From: a virus | Lineage: Duplodnaviria > Caudoviricetes | DNA: 34,109 nucleotides | Virus record (IMG/VR): IMGVR_UViG_3300031631_000012 | Span: 1-34,109 of that record | Direction: 5' to 3' (one strand) | Part shown: one piece after another, positions 10,208 through 20,076 of the stretch | Numbering within the stretch: position 1 is the first letter of the stretch | Layout: the number at the start of each line of letters is the position of its first letter | Made by a program: the position numbers and the translations under genes | The notes under the pieces: generated by a model | The model's input: the letters and a program-made list of their open reading frames with translations, nothing else | Database searches by the model: none | Told to the model about the DNA's origin: nothing

Positions 10208-10929
10208 TATTTTTTACCACCACGTATCCAATTCATTCCACCCTTAGACTTAACACTTTGTTGTTCTCTAAAGTCAGCTACTAAAGTAAGTGCTGTAACA
10301 TCAATGTCTACTTCTTGTTTTGGCAAGAAAGTACCTTCTATATATGATGAAGGTCTTGTATTGTATTTTTCACCTAAGAAGCCAGCCTGTAGCAATGTGT
10401 TTCTAGTAAGCTTATCTAGGTCTGTGGCTTCTCTTTGTAGCAATACTGTTACTATATATGCTGTAAAATCTTCTGGTACTAAAAAGGATATTGACAATTC
10501 TAATCTGTTAAGCACTATCCTATGTCTATTCTTATCCTCTTCACTTGTAAGAGTATCTATAAGCTTTTTAATATCTTCTATTTCTTTAACTGACTGTACA
10601 TAAAAGTCCTTTAGTTCTAGGTGTGTTGTAAGTTCATTAAACGTTGGATGAACTAGGGCTAACTTTAGCATGTTCTCATGTATGTTTTTAGTCTTTATTA
10701 CATTTTCTGTGTCATTAGTCCTAGATTTATCATCCTCATCTAATATAACACTGGATACAGTATTAAACTCACCACAAGAGGTAAGTGCAACACTATCCAA
10801 CATTCTAAGGGTAACAGGAATCGGTTTACCATTCCAAGGTGCTATTACAACAACCTCTGTGTGCATGTCTATAATATCAAATAAATCTTCATTGCTTAGT
10901 ATTTCTATTCTGTTAGTTAATTTTTTCAT
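10207..10929 (-). CDS. Tail assembly chaperone (probable start ATG 10929, 240 aa)
   Basis: Lies between the major tail and tape measure genes. The ORF-track TTG at 10974 abuts the SD and reads through a hairpin. Confidence 0.6.
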   Translation of the reverse strand: MKKLTNRIEILSNEDLFDIIDMHTEVVVIAPWNGKPIPVTLRMLDSVALTSCGEFNTVSSVILDEDDKSRTNDTENVIKTKNIHENMLKLALVHPTFNELTTHLELKDFYVQSVKEIEDIKKLIDTLTSEEDKNRHRIVLNRLELSISFLVPEDFTAYIVTVLLQREATDLDKLTRNTLLQAGFLGEKYNTRPSSYIEGTFLPKQEVDIDVTALTLVADFREQQSVKSKGGMNWIRGGKK

Positions 10930-10937
10930 ATTATAAA

Positions 10938-10973
10938 TAGAACAGGATACCCAAGAAATAGTACCCTGTTCCA
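10938..10973 (-). promoter_or_regulatory. RNA hairpin between the SD and the chaperone start codon (attenuator or SD-bridging stem)
   Basis: Minus-strand stem GAACAGGGTAC / GTATCCTGTTC; its G-U pair only forms on this strand. Confidence 0.6.
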
Positions 10974-10991
10974 ACTCCTTTTTTAACCTTT

Positions 10992-11966
10992 TTAACCTAC
11001 GGTAATGCCCAATGTATCAAACTGAGTAAGACTTAAAAAGTCTTCTGTATAACCTGAGTATTTAACACCACTAAGTGTATACTCTCTTACTCTTAAGTTA
11101 AACTGGTAAGTTGCCCATGCCTTAACATCATCGCTCATATCACCTTCAAAACCATTACAGTTGTTGAAGTTAAGCCTTTTGTAACCACTCATGTTATTAC
11201 GAAGGTTTGAACCTTTGTCATACTTAGCTTCATAAGCTTCACCTGCAAATCCTGGCAAGTAAACCTGACTTGTAGTAGGTGGTGTGTATCTGTTGCTAAC
11301 ACCTGTTACAGACTGATCATTAGATCCACCCTGAATAAGTTCTTTAAGTTCCCACAGCTCATCAGTAAGTGCCAAGGAAGGATTAAGACCTTTGAGTAAT
11401 GCAGCAGATACCATAGACAGAGTTGATCCATCACCAGACTCCACTTCAATCTCTTCAAAATCTTTAATCTCTTTAGGAAGTCCAAGTGCACCAGAGTTAT
11501 CAAAACAATCTACAAAATGTGTTCCAAAACCAGTAGTGTTACTTTTAAACGAACCAAGGCCAAGTGCACCCACAATGTCTTCTACAAGACTTGGGCCGAA
11601 CTCAAGGTAAGTTGCTGTAGCTGCTGTTTCTATAATCTTTAGTCTGCTGCTGTCTGCATCTAGCGATGCTGTGAATACTGCACTAAAGTTTGCATTTAAG
11701 TTAAGACCAGTAACTGCTTCTGCCACAGTCATAGCTGAATCATCAACAATAGTCATAGCGACAAAGTTTACGACTATCTCTGTAAATGCACCAGTAGCAC
11801 CAAGTCGATAAGACATTGTAGCTGCTGCTGTTAATGATGACACATCCGATGTGCCTAAGAAACCAATCTGTCGATCTACTGCTGGATAAGTTCCATCAGG
11901 ATTAAGCCTTCTCCATCTTGAGCCTTCAATGGAAAAGGAAGTTTTGTTGTCAAATGAATAACCCAT
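10992..11966 (-). CDS. Major tail tube protein
   Basis: 324 aa, in the position after the neck genes and before chaperone and tape measure; AAGGAG SD. Confidence 0.7.
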   Translation of the reverse strand: MGYSFDNKTSFSIEGSRWRRLNPDGTYPAVDRQIGFLGTSDVSSLTAAATMSYRLGATGAFTEIVVNFVAMTIVDDSAMTVAEAVTGLNLNANFSAVFTASLDADSSRLKIIETAATATYLEFGPSLVEDIVGALGLGSFKSNTTGFGTHFVDCFDNSGALGLPKEIKDFEEIEVESGDGSTLSMVSAALLKGLNPSLALTDELWELKELIQGGSNDQSVTGVSNRYTPPTTSQVYLPGFAGEAYEAKYDKGSNLRNNMSGYKRLNFNNCNGFEGDMSDDVKAWATYQFNLRVREYTLSGVKYSGYTEDFLSLTQFDTLGITVG

Positions 11967-12205
11967 TATTTATTCTCCTTCTTTCTCTTTTTATTAAAAG
12001 TATCCTTATGTACTTCATAATTATCTTCGGCTTCTTCAACCTCTTCTTTCTTAGGTATAGCTTTAGCCACTAACACCTCTGGTTCACTATCATCCACCTT
12101 GAGTTTTAAGTACTTCCATATTGGATACAATTCAAGATTAAATGTTATTGGTGAATCAGACTCACATAATAGTCTACCACGCTGATCGTAATACTTATAC
12201 TTCAT
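11966..12205 (-). CDS. Hypothetical protein (79 aa)
   Basis: Translationally coupled to both neighbours; AGGAGG SD. Confidence 0.7.
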   Translation of the reverse strand: MKYKYYDQRGRLLCESDSPITFNLELYPIWKYLKLKVDDSEPEVLVAKAIPKKEEVEEAEDNYEVHKDTFNKKRKKENK

Positions 12206-12633
12206 CTGCCCCTCCTAGGTACAAAGATTCTCCTATATCTACTTATAGTTCCATCATCATTACCTCCTGAGATACTTTTATCATCATTAGGTTCTGACAT
12301 AATGCCTATGTTCATTGTAACCTCTACCTGAAAGTTATACAGTCCTTCATCCAAAAGTCTCTTTCTGTGCAAAAGTCCCACAAGTTCATACTCTATATAC
12401 TGATCTAGCTCTAAAATATTACCTACCGGAAAGTGAGCTTCAACCACATATGGAGATACAGTATTATTTACCTCATAGTAAGCATTGATAGGGTAATCAT
12501 CATACACTATTACATATGGAGTAGCTAGTTCATTACTGTTAAATCCATTAAGGTATGCTAAGTAGTTACCTCTAGTAAATACAGTAGTAATAGATCCTGT
12601 CTTTAGCTGTGCTATAAGTGCCTGCTTTATCAA
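12202..12633 (-). CDS. Tail terminator / completion protein
   Basis: Synteny, size of 143 aa and a PYVIV motif. Confidence 0.55.
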   Translation of the reverse strand: MIKQALIAQLKTGSITTVFTRGNYLAYLNGFNSNELATPYVIVYDDYPINAYYEVNNTVSPYVVEAHFPVGNILELDQYIEYELVGLLHRKRLLDEGLYNFQVEVTMNIGIMSEPNDDKSISGGNDDGTISRYRRIFVPRRGR

Positions 12634-13019
12634 GATTCATCTCCATATAAAAGTTTTACATCTCTTATAATAAGAGGTGCTATTTTTGCTACAAGTGAGG
12701 GTAAAGAAGCAAATCTCCCTGAATGTCCCTCTTCAAGAAACTCTACATAGCTAGCTATTCTTTTATTAAACTCCATGTTCAAAACTAACTCATTATCTCT
12801 CTTATAAGCTTCTGCAAAAAATGCTTTTACAGCTTTAAAAGTATGATTAGTCCAGTAAGCACCTTTACTTTCTTTTGGTGCACTTCCCTGTACTGACAAG
12901 AAGTATACTACTACTTCTCCTGCATAAAACTCAAATATCTTTAAAAGTTCTTCCTCTTTACTAGCTAACTGACTTTTCAGTGCATCACCAAGATTATTAT
13001 TTATAACAAATTGTATCAT
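12630..13019 (-). CDS. Neck / tail-completion protein (HK97 gp10-like)
   Basis: WTNHT..A and Y..FLE.G..GRFA.L motifs; synteny. Confidence 0.6.
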   Translation of the reverse strand: MIQFVINNNLGDALKSQLASKEEELLKIFEFYAGEVVVYFLSVQGSAPKESKGAYWTNHTFKAVKAFFAEAYKRDNELVLNMEFNKRIASYVEFLEEGHSGRFASLPSLVAKIAPLIIRDVKLLYGDES

Positions 13020-13207
13020 TTATTAAGATCTATCTGAACAATAATATTAGCTGCCATTTGTAAAGCTTCACTTCTTGGTATGGAGACTACATTTCCATTT
13101 TGTAAGCAGTCATTTGACAATACTATACTAACATGCTTACTTGAGTCTTCTACTATGTTAATTTCTTCTTCTTCTCTGTCATTTATCATTTCAAGTATTG
13201 CTGCCAT
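13016..13207 (-). CDS. Hypothetical protein (63 aa)
   Basis: Fills the gap in the operon; AGGAG SD upstream and ATGA overlap downstream. Confidence 0.6.
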   Translation of the reverse strand: MAAILEMINDREEEEINIVEDSSKHVSIVLSNDCLQNGNVVSIPRSEALQMAANIIVQIDLNK

Positions 13208-13208
13208 A

Positions 13209-13622
13209 CTAACTACTTACACTCCTACTTGTTACTTGTTCAAGATTACATATCTTGTATATAACATCGCCAAATGCAACTCTACTTTCTACTAGAAGAG
13301 TTCTGAACTTCTCACCATTATAAGCAAACACTAAACCTTTTTTTAGCCAGTCACTATCATAAGTTGCAAGAAGATAGTAAGAGTCTAAATAGTCATAAGG
13401 CGTTCTAGCATTAGTAACTATAGGATCAGGTAATCTTCTTCTTGCTACTCTTGCTGTACCTAGTACAGTTTCTACACCTGCCTGTGTTAAATCTGGTATA
13501 GTTTCACCATAGCCATTATCAGTGGTTGGTTTTATCCACACTGTAATAACACAAGGATTCTCATTTACATATCTATTCCATGTATTTCTGAGTACACTAG
13601 ATCTACTCATTGCTGCTTCCAT
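13209..13622 (-). CDS. Head closure / stopper protein
   Basis: Synteny, a DNGYG loop and a beta-rich C-terminus. The start may be ATG 13610. Confidence 0.55.
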   Translation of the reverse strand: MEAAMSRSSVLRNTWNRYVNENPCVITVWIKPTTDNGYGETIPDLTQAGVETVLGTARVARRRLPDPIVTNARTPYDYLDSYYLLATYDSDWLKKGLVFAYNGEKFRTLLVESRVAFGDVIYKICNLEQVTSRSVSS

Positions 13623-13968
13623 AATCTTCTGATATATTACCTACTGTGGACTTACTTACTTTTATTGCGGATGATCCAGAACCAGTTTTCATATCACATC
13701 TTATGGCATAGTAGTCACCTTGTTTGTTACATGCAAGTTGCATAGTTCCAGGTTCGCTGTATACGAACTTCTCAGCACCTGTATCCATCTTCTGTAATCC
13801 ATCCATCTGTAGACCAGTCTTACCACTTAGCTCATACCACAGTACACTTGCAGCACACTCAGGATATGTATAATCAGTAATATACTCCTCTAGCAAAGTC
13901 TCATCTGCTACTTCCTGATAGTAAGGAGCCATGAAGTGTTTAAGTTTTTCTAAGTTTGTCATAGCCAT
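13603..13968 (-). CDS. Head-tail adaptor protein
   Basis: First gene after the capsid gene. The AAGGAG SD is 8 nt before ATG 13968. Confidence 0.55.
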   Translation of the reverse strand: MAMTNLEKLKHFMAPYYQEVADETLLEEYITDYTYPECAASVLWYELSGKTGLQMDGLQKMDTGAEKFVYSEPGTMQLACNKQGDYYAIRCDMKTGSGSSAIKVSKSTVGNISEDYGSSNE

Positions 13969-13997
13969 CTTCAAAACTCCTTATTTACTTTGTAAGA

Positions 13998-14025
13998 GTG
14001 AGGCACAGTGTATGCTATGCCTCAC
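13998..14025 (-). terminator. Stem-loop after the major capsid gene (partial terminator or stabiliser)
   Basis: Minus strand GTGAGGCATAG-CATACA-CTGTGCCTCAC followed by TCTT. Confidence 0.65.
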
Positions 14026-14033
14026 AGATTATT

Positions 14034-15242
14034 CTACCAAGTTGGTAATGTAACTTTCTGAACAAAACTATCAATACCAATACTGTTGTATATAGCTTCG
14101 GAGAAGTACCATGCTCTCTGTTCCTGTGCAAGAGTATTCACATTAGGTGTAGCATCCATTTCCATCACAAGATTTCTTTTTATAGGTATTTTAAAGTACC
14201 TATTAGGTTTAATCAAGTGAATAGTTCCGTCAGTACAGCCAGTGTAAGTTACTGATTCATTAGGCATATCAATTGTTTCACCCTCATAACCAATAAGCTT
14301 AGTGATCTGTGAAAGACCAGAATACTTTTCTGGAGTTGAATTACCAAGTCCACTCATAACATGTGCCAAGTGTCTCATGTCCTTGGAAGTACCAAGAGCA
14401 ACAAGACCTTCACCAACAATCTTTCTACCGGTAATAGGATCTGTTCTATCACTAATATCATCAATACTATCCATCAGAGTGTTCATCAACAGTTCCTGAC
14501 GAAGTGTACCTACAGTAGATGCAGCAGTAGCTTTCGCACCTGCATAAGTACCTGAAAGTATTGGATAAATTGCAAGATCATCTTTCTTTGCTGCAAAACC
14601 AAGTGCAACACCCTCAGTTAATCTTGACATATCATAGCTACCATCAAACAGTGCAGCAAGAAGTGTCCATATAAAACCAGCTGCATAAATCTTCATTGCA
14701 ATAGTGTCATAAGCACCACCCAGATTTGCACCTTGTCTTACTGACTGACCTTCACCATTGTTTTCTTCAAATACAACACCATAAGGATATAACTCAGAAG
14801 GTCTTATATCTTTAGTAGCATTGGGCATCTGAACTTCACTATAGATAAACTGTCTTACAGTATTGTTTGCTTCTTTCTTAATGGTAAGATCCATTCTAAG
14901 TGCATCAAACAAGTCAGACCAGTTATCATTGAGTGTATTACCACTGGATGCAAAAGCACCACTTTTGATTCTATCAATTATAGAACCTCTTTTACCGAAC
15001 ACATAATCAAGTCCATTCTCATACTTGCCTGACAATACAATACGTGCGTTATTTCCAAGAAACTTTGCACTATTGATCTGACTTAGACTAGTATCGTCTA
15101 GTATATGTCCACTCTTAGGTATAGAAGTACCGAATCTTGTATCTGCAATACTTACCGGATTCTTCACCATCAACTTATCACCATTCAACATTTTATCTTT
15201 GAATTTGGCATTAAGTATTTCTTTTGTAATTAACTCAGCCAT
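14034..15242 (-). CDS. Major capsid protein (HK97 fold expected)
   Basis: 402 aa with an EG.SV...TI.MKIYAAGF.WT segment, a strong GGAGGT SD and a downstream hairpin. Confidence 0.8.
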   Translation of the reverse strand: MAELITKEILNAKFKDKMLNGDKLMVKNPVSIADTRFGTSIPKSGHILDDTSLSQINSAKFLGNNARIVLSGKYENGLDYVFGKRGSIIDRIKSGAFASSGNTLNDNWSDLFDALRMDLTIKKEANNTVRQFIYSEVQMPNATKDIRPSELYPYGVVFEENNGEGQSVRQGANLGGAYDTIAMKIYAAGFIWTLLAALFDGSYDMSRLTEGVALGFAAKKDDLAIYPILSGTYAGAKATAASTVGTLRQELLMNTLMDSIDDISDRTDPITGRKIVGEGLVALGTSKDMRHLAHVMSGLGNSTPEKYSGLSQITKLIGYEGETIDMPNESVTYTGCTDGTIHLIKPNRYFKIPIKRNLVMEMDATPNVNTLAQEQRAWYFSEAIYNSIGIDSFVQKVTLPTW

Positions 15243-15248
15243 GCTATT

Positions 15249-15965
15249 TTACCTCCATAGTATAGTTACAATTCCACGTTCAGTGGCACTACCAGCTATA
15301 ATCTGTAAGCCGTTAGCATCAACAATGTCGTTAGTTAACAAAGTTGTTCTTGCGAGTGCATTGTCCACTGCACATATCATTGCACTTGTGATTGCCAAAG
15401 GTGTACCAGCATTTGATTTTAGTGTTACAACACCAGAAGTCTTTGCTGCTTTACACTCAACCATTACGTCTACGATCTTTGCACCAAGAGGAACAAGACC
15501 TGTGAGTACGATTGCACTTGAGGCATCAGAATCAATTTCATACACAGAAGCTTTGATATCATTAACACCACCTGTTCTCTGTGCAAAAGGCATAAACTCA
15601 ACAGAAGTACCGTTGTTGACTTTGGTGCATCTACCTACTGGCACTGCATCAGCAACATAAGCATCTCTCAGTACATCAGTTGCAAGAGTTCCCTGTGACA
15701 CCAACCAAACTATACCATTAACAACAAATGTGTCAGTAATGTTAATCTGAGTTGTGCTGATTTTTCTGTTAGAGTCAATATTTAGTAAACCTGTTGCACC
15801 ATCAGCAATATCATCAAACTCAACAACTTCACCAAAGTACCCATCGAGTGCAACGAGTTCAAGGTGCGAAATAGTTCTACCAAGATTATTGGTAACTTTA
15901 ACCTGATTTATGTCAACTTCACTTTCTTCAAAGTTGTAGTTAACCTTAGCATCAACCATAGCCAT
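15249..15965 (-). CDS. Head decoration / capsid cement protein with an extra C-terminal domain
   Basis: Lies between scaffold and capsid genes; N-terminal half resembles DUF2190-type cement proteins. Confidence 0.55.
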   Translation of the reverse strand: MAMVDAKVNYNFEESEVDINQVKVTNNLGRTISHLELVALDGYFGEVVEFDDIADGATGLLNIDSNRKISTTQINITDTFVVNGIVWLVSQGTLATDVLRDAYVADAVPVGRCTKVNNGTSVEFMPFAQRTGGVNDIKASVYEIDSDASSAIVLTGLVPLGAKIVDVMVECKAAKTSGVVTLKSNAGTPLAITSAMICAVDNALARTTLLTNDIVDANGLQIIAGSATERGIVTILWR

Positions 15966-15968
15966 ATC

Positions 15969-17093
15969 TTAACCCTCCATTACTTCGGGAATACTAGCAT
16001 TTTCTTCATCACTAGTTGCTGCTGCCGGTTTAAAACTTACTGAGCCAGCAAGCTTACCTTGAATTGTCTTGAACATCTTAAGTTCTGCAAGTCTATCTAC
16101 CTCACCAGTTATTGCTTCTGCATTGCCCTCTTTCAAAGCGAACAGTGGTGTAGCTATCTCAATAAGTTCTTCATCTTTAAACCTATCTTTGATACTTGCT
16201 TCTTTTAATGCAGTAAAAGTAGCTTCTCTGTCTGAAACAACACTTGCAACAAACTCATCAATACTTCCTACTTTACTTTCTACATCATTCAATCTCTTTA
16301 GAGCTAACTTCTGCTTTGCAGTCATCAAGTCGATACCTAGTTTTTCGGCTATTTCTGAAAACGCCAATTTACCGGAATCAAGCTGGTTCTTCAAAGATAT
16401 GAACAGCTCTACATTTGTGATTTTTTCACTCATGCGATTCTCTCCTTGTTCTTCATCCAAGTCATTACTTGACTTAAATGAGGTTATTATAATCTCTGCC
16501 TCTGAACCAGTTTGATCCGCTTCTACCAAGGCATTGGTTTGACCTTTGAGTGATTTCATTGCAAAGTATGTTTCTGTATAATCAGAATCATTTACAACAA
16601 TATCATATTCCATTACATCAGTTAATGATGTACTTAACATCTTAGCACTGATCTCTTTTAGTGTCTGGCTTATTAGTGCTTTCTGCTCTGGTGTTTCACC
16701 TTCTGGAAGTGAATTACGAAGATATAGTGTATCACCCTTAACACTTGCACCTACTAAGTATCCATCAGGTATAGCACGTTCTTTAATCCCTATGCCTGTT
16801 TCTTTGTGCCCAGGAATGAACACAGGCTTAGGAACTTTGTTTACTTGTTCAGCAAATGAAGCTGCCCATTCCTCAGTCAATACTATATCAGTCCATCTGT
16901 CAAGTTCTGCTGGGTACTTTTCACCAAGCATAGTAATGCTTATGAACTCATGCTTTATAGAATCATTACTAAACAACACATCATAAGACTTCTTATTTCC
17001 AACAGGTATATCATCAACACTCTTTATAGCAGTGCTACTTTTAAACTCTGTCACTATAGAGGACTTAAAGGTCATCTCAGTTACTTTACCCAT
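15969..17093 (-). CDS. Prohead protease / scaffold protein
   Basis: Synteny; globular N-terminal half (PVFIPGH) and a charged helical C-terminal half. Confidence 0.6.
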   Translation of the reverse strand: MGKVTEMTFKSSIVTEFKSSTAIKSVDDIPVGNKKSYDVLFSNDSIKHEFISITMLGEKYPAELDRWTDIVLTEEWAASFAEQVNKVPKPVFIPGHKETGIGIKERAIPDGYLVGASVKGDTLYLRNSLPEGETPEQKALISQTLKEISAKMLSTSLTDVMEYDIVVNDSDYTETYFAMKSLKGQTNALVEADQTGSEAEIIITSFKSSNDLDEEQGENRMSEKITNVELFISLKNQLDSGKLAFSEIAEKLGIDLMTAKQKLALKRLNDVESKVGSIDEFVASVVSDREATFTALKEASIKDRFKDEELIEIATPLFALKEGNAEAITGEVDRLAELKMFKTIQGKLAGSVSFKPAAATSDEENASIPEVMEG

Positions 17094-17427
17094 TTGTAGC
17101 TCTCCTCATTCCTTCATTCTGTGCATTTGCAATTGCTATCCTAAATATAGTAGTCCACACAACTATATTGTACTTCCATTTAATTTCATATAGCACCTTC
17201 ATATCTGTAGGCACTGTACGTTGTACTGACTTAGGCAAGTTAGCAAAACCATACTTCTTTATCCAACCCTTAAGATCTCTCTTATAGTTGTCTCTCTCAA
17301 CAAAGAAATTAACAACCTTTCTAAACTCAGTCTTCAACATCTTCGGTGTCACTCTCATCAGTTTTATCTGTTTCGGTGTCAGTATTCTCTTTTGTGCTAT
17401 CAGCAAGTTCTTTTGCCTTCTTGTCAC
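17086..17427 (-). CDS. Basic hypothetical protein overlapping the portal 3' end
   Basis: AAGGAGGT SD 8 nt upstream of GTG 17427; fills the portal-scaffold gap. Confidence 0.65.
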   Translation of the reverse strand: MTRRQKNLLIAQKRILTPKQIKLMRVTPKMLKTEFRKVVNFFVERDNYKRDLKGWIKKYGFANLPKSVQRTVPTDMKVLYEIKWKYNIVVWTTIFRIAIANAQNEGMRRATNG

Positions 17428-18784
17428 GTTCAACTACCTCCTTATCTACTTCTACTTTGTGAGATTGATACGTTTCAAATAATTCAAGTACATCCATCTC
17501 TTTCATTGAGTTATACACTTCTTCTTTTGATACCACACTAGAAGCAAGCAATTTTTCAATAGCTGTAGCAAAGCCCTTAATTATCTCTGACTGTTCCATA
17601 ACAGATGCAAAGTTAGGTGTTGGCCATGTTATAGTAATATCATTCTTCAATGATCTCAAAGTGACAAAGTTGTGTATTCTCAGTATGATATCATATACCT
17701 GTAACCAAGGTTCTGTTCGTTCATACTGCTTAGCTTCTATCTTCTTAATCCATACAGGTCTGTACTCTTTGACACTTGCTAAAGAAGTACCAAGATTAGC
17801 TCCAAAGTTAATCTCAGGCGTTTCTGATCCCTGCACTATGTTTATGAATGTAGTTTCTGCAAGTGGTGTATAGTCACCTGTTGTTTTGGTAAGATATAAA
17901 TAGGATACATCATCCTTCTCACCATTAACAAACAAATCTCTATCATCCATTGATATCTTAGACTTACCTGTTCTTATAGCCTCATAGGAGCCTTCACCAA
18001 AGTTATTCTCCACCCACTGCCTAGGATTAGCCGTAGTAACCTTCATCTTTGGATGTCCATCTCTACTCTGTGCTGCTCCAGCTTCATAGGTCAGTTCATG
18101 GTAAAATCTTAACTGTGGCTCAATAGGTTCAATCTCTGAATGTCCAAACTGTTCTAAAACATCCTTATCATTTGAAAAGTGTACCAATGGTATAATACCA
18201 AATACGTTCTTTACTCTTACTACTTCGTTTATAGCTCCTGAGATCTTTGTTACAACAACATCCTTAGTTACTATACATACTATGTCTACTTTCTGGTTTA
18301 TCTCTTCTGCTGTGTTATACTGTACCTGTTCTGTTAATTTGTATCCAGTCACTTCTTTTGTAATTGGATCAACAAACACTTCGTTCACTATGTCAACAGG
18401 AATTATTACATTTACTATCTTCCCCTGCTTGTCGTTCCACTGTGGCCAAACAAAAACACTTCCATCAATTTCTGCTGACTTGTGCACTCTTCTATAGTCT
18501 ATCTTGGTATCTTCAATAACCTTAATGTTCTTCTTGTTACCTGACAAAGTTGGTATACCAATAAAGTTAACATTATTGTTTATTATAGGTCTAACCAATT
18601 GACCTGCAAGTGCATAGTTCTTGTTTACATTGTGATAAATCTCTCTTGCTATCTTACGGTTAGCCTTTATGTTGTTTGTGTAGTCTCTATTGGCTACTTC
18701 CTGGCCAACAACATTAAGCACCACTGACCTTTCAGATGTACTCTTACCTGAAAACAGCTTATCTAGTATATCATTAAATGTCAT
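17327..18784 (-). CDS. Portal protein
   Basis: 485 aa, follows terL; IPLVHFSN...FGHSEIE motif of SPP1/A118-like portals. Confidence 0.85.
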   Translation of the reverse strand: MTFNDILDKLFSGKSTSERSVVLNVVGQEVANRDYTNNIKANRKIAREIYHNVNKNYALAGQLVRPIINNNVNFIGIPTLSGNKKNIKVIEDTKIDYRRVHKSAEIDGSVFVWPQWNDKQGKIVNVIIPVDIVNEVFVDPITKEVTGYKLTEQVQYNTAEEINQKVDIVCIVTKDVVVTKISGAINEVVRVKNVFGIIPLVHFSNDKDVLEQFGHSEIEPIEPQLRFYHELTYEAGAAQSRDGHPKMKVTTANPRQWVENNFGEGSYEAIRTGKSKISMDDRDLFVNGEKDDVSYLYLTKTTGDYTPLAETTFINIVQGSETPEINFGANLGTSLASVKEYRPVWIKKIEAKQYERTEPWLQVYDIILRIHNFVTLRSLKNDITITWPTPNFASVMEQSEIIKGFATAIEKLLASSVVSKEEVYNSMKEMDVLELFETYQSHKVEVDKEVVERDKKAKELADSTKENTDTETDKTDESDTEDVED

Positions 18785-20076
18785 CTTCTACCACCATATG
18801 CTAATATACCACCTGCTATACCACTTGCATCTATATGTCCAACTGGACTATAATAGCAAAGTCCTACACCATCTGCTCTATCAGGTGACTTGTGTAGTGC
18901 ATGTGTATGCTCAGCAAAATCCTTTTTACTTTCTATTTTCATAACCTCATAGCCACGTTTACCGTTAATGTACTCGTACTTTCTTGTATACAACTGTACA
19001 GCAAGTTCCTCATCAAGTGGCAAGTCAATCTCTTCAAGCTGATCTTTCAACTCAAAGTATATCTCAGTTGCTACGTCTTCATAATGCTCTTTATCTTTAG
19101 GAGTCCCACCAAAGTTAATCCTATTTATGGTGTAACCATCCTCTTCCAGTATATCTGCTACAGCACATCCCAAGTGGCCATTGTCTATGTTTATAATGCT
19201 ATTCTTAGTTGCAAACTCTTTCAGTGATCTTATAGTCTTATTTGCATTTTGATACTTAGCTACTTTCCAGTCAACAACCTTGTTATCAATTCTCTTGTAG
19301 AATGTTATCTCATCCCCACCTTGATGTGCTATATCTGCACCTATTACTGGAACCTTTGGTCTAGGCTTAGTAATGATACGTTGCATAGCACCTTCAACCA
19401 ACTCTGCTGGACAAACAAAACTATCATTAGCGTCTGCAAGTTCGCCTTCCCATATGTGACGTGCCATGTTCTCATCACGTGCATAGTCAGCTTCCATCTC
19501 ATCTTTCAAACTTTGTGGAAACCACCTATTGTCAGATGAAGTTAAGAACAGTGTCTTAGCTCTCTTGTCAGTGTTTCTTATGTAGTCTACATATACAGGA
19601 TCACTACTATATCTAGGATTAAAGTCCCACCAGAACACAGCATTGTCCTTTCTTATTGTTGGCCTTAGTATGTTTATTGACATACGAGATATACTTTGTG
19701 CTTCTGCTACCCAACACCTATCTGCACCTTCAAGTGACTTTATACTATCACTGTTGTGCTCGTGCAGTCCACTAAAAACAAATATTGTACCATTTGCACC
19801 AACTATCTTGTTCTTAGTTACTTTGTAGAACCACTGCCATCCAAAGTGCTTTATCGTATCAACCAACAACTTCTGCACTGACAGTTCAATACTCTTCTGA
19901 ACTTCACGTACACAAACTATAAACAATTCTTCTGTCATACCTTCCAACAACAGAATCCTTGCTATACTCCAAGAAGCACCTTTACCTCTTCCACCGTAAA
20001 CAATTCTATGTCGTGCTGTACAACCAGTAACTAACTCATCATACACCTTTTTAATTACTTCAACCTTCTGTTCCAC
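18781..20076 (-). CDS. terL: Terminase large subunit (PBSX-like N-terminus)
   Basis: Motifs YGGRG, REVQKSI..SV, SIKSLEG, LRPTIRK, FNP; nuclease motifs GADIA..G.D and KSPDRAD. Confidence 0.95.
   Translation of the reverse strand: MEQKVEVIKKVYDELVTGCTARHRIVYGGRGKGASWSIARILLLEGMTEELFIVCVREVQKSIELSVQKLLVDTIKHFGWQWFYKVTKNKIVGANGTIFVFSGLHEHNSDSIKSLEGADRCWVAEAQSISRMSINILRPTIRKDNAVFWWDFNPRYSSDPVYVDYIRNTDKRAKTLFLTSSDNRWFPQSLKDEMEADYARDENMARHIWEGELADANDSFVCPAELVEGAMQRIITKPRPKVPVIGADIAHQGGDEITFYKRIDNKVVDWKVAKYQNANKTIRSLKEFATKNSIINIDNGHLGCAVADILEEDGYTINRINFGGTPKDKEHYEDVATEIYFELKDQLEEIDLPLDEELAVQLYTRKYEYINGKRGYEVMKIESKKDFAEHTHALHKSPDRADGVGLCYYSPVGHIDASGIAGGILAYGGRR

Noticed and set aside
10207-10929. Programmed G/GT frameshift in the tail chaperone
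   Set aside because: A single ORF fills the interval up to the tape measure start, so no second frame needs to be joined.
231-19828. Numerous plus-strand ORFs opposite the structural genes, and minus-strand ORFs opposite the right-arm genes
   Set aside because: Antisense shadows of long real genes.
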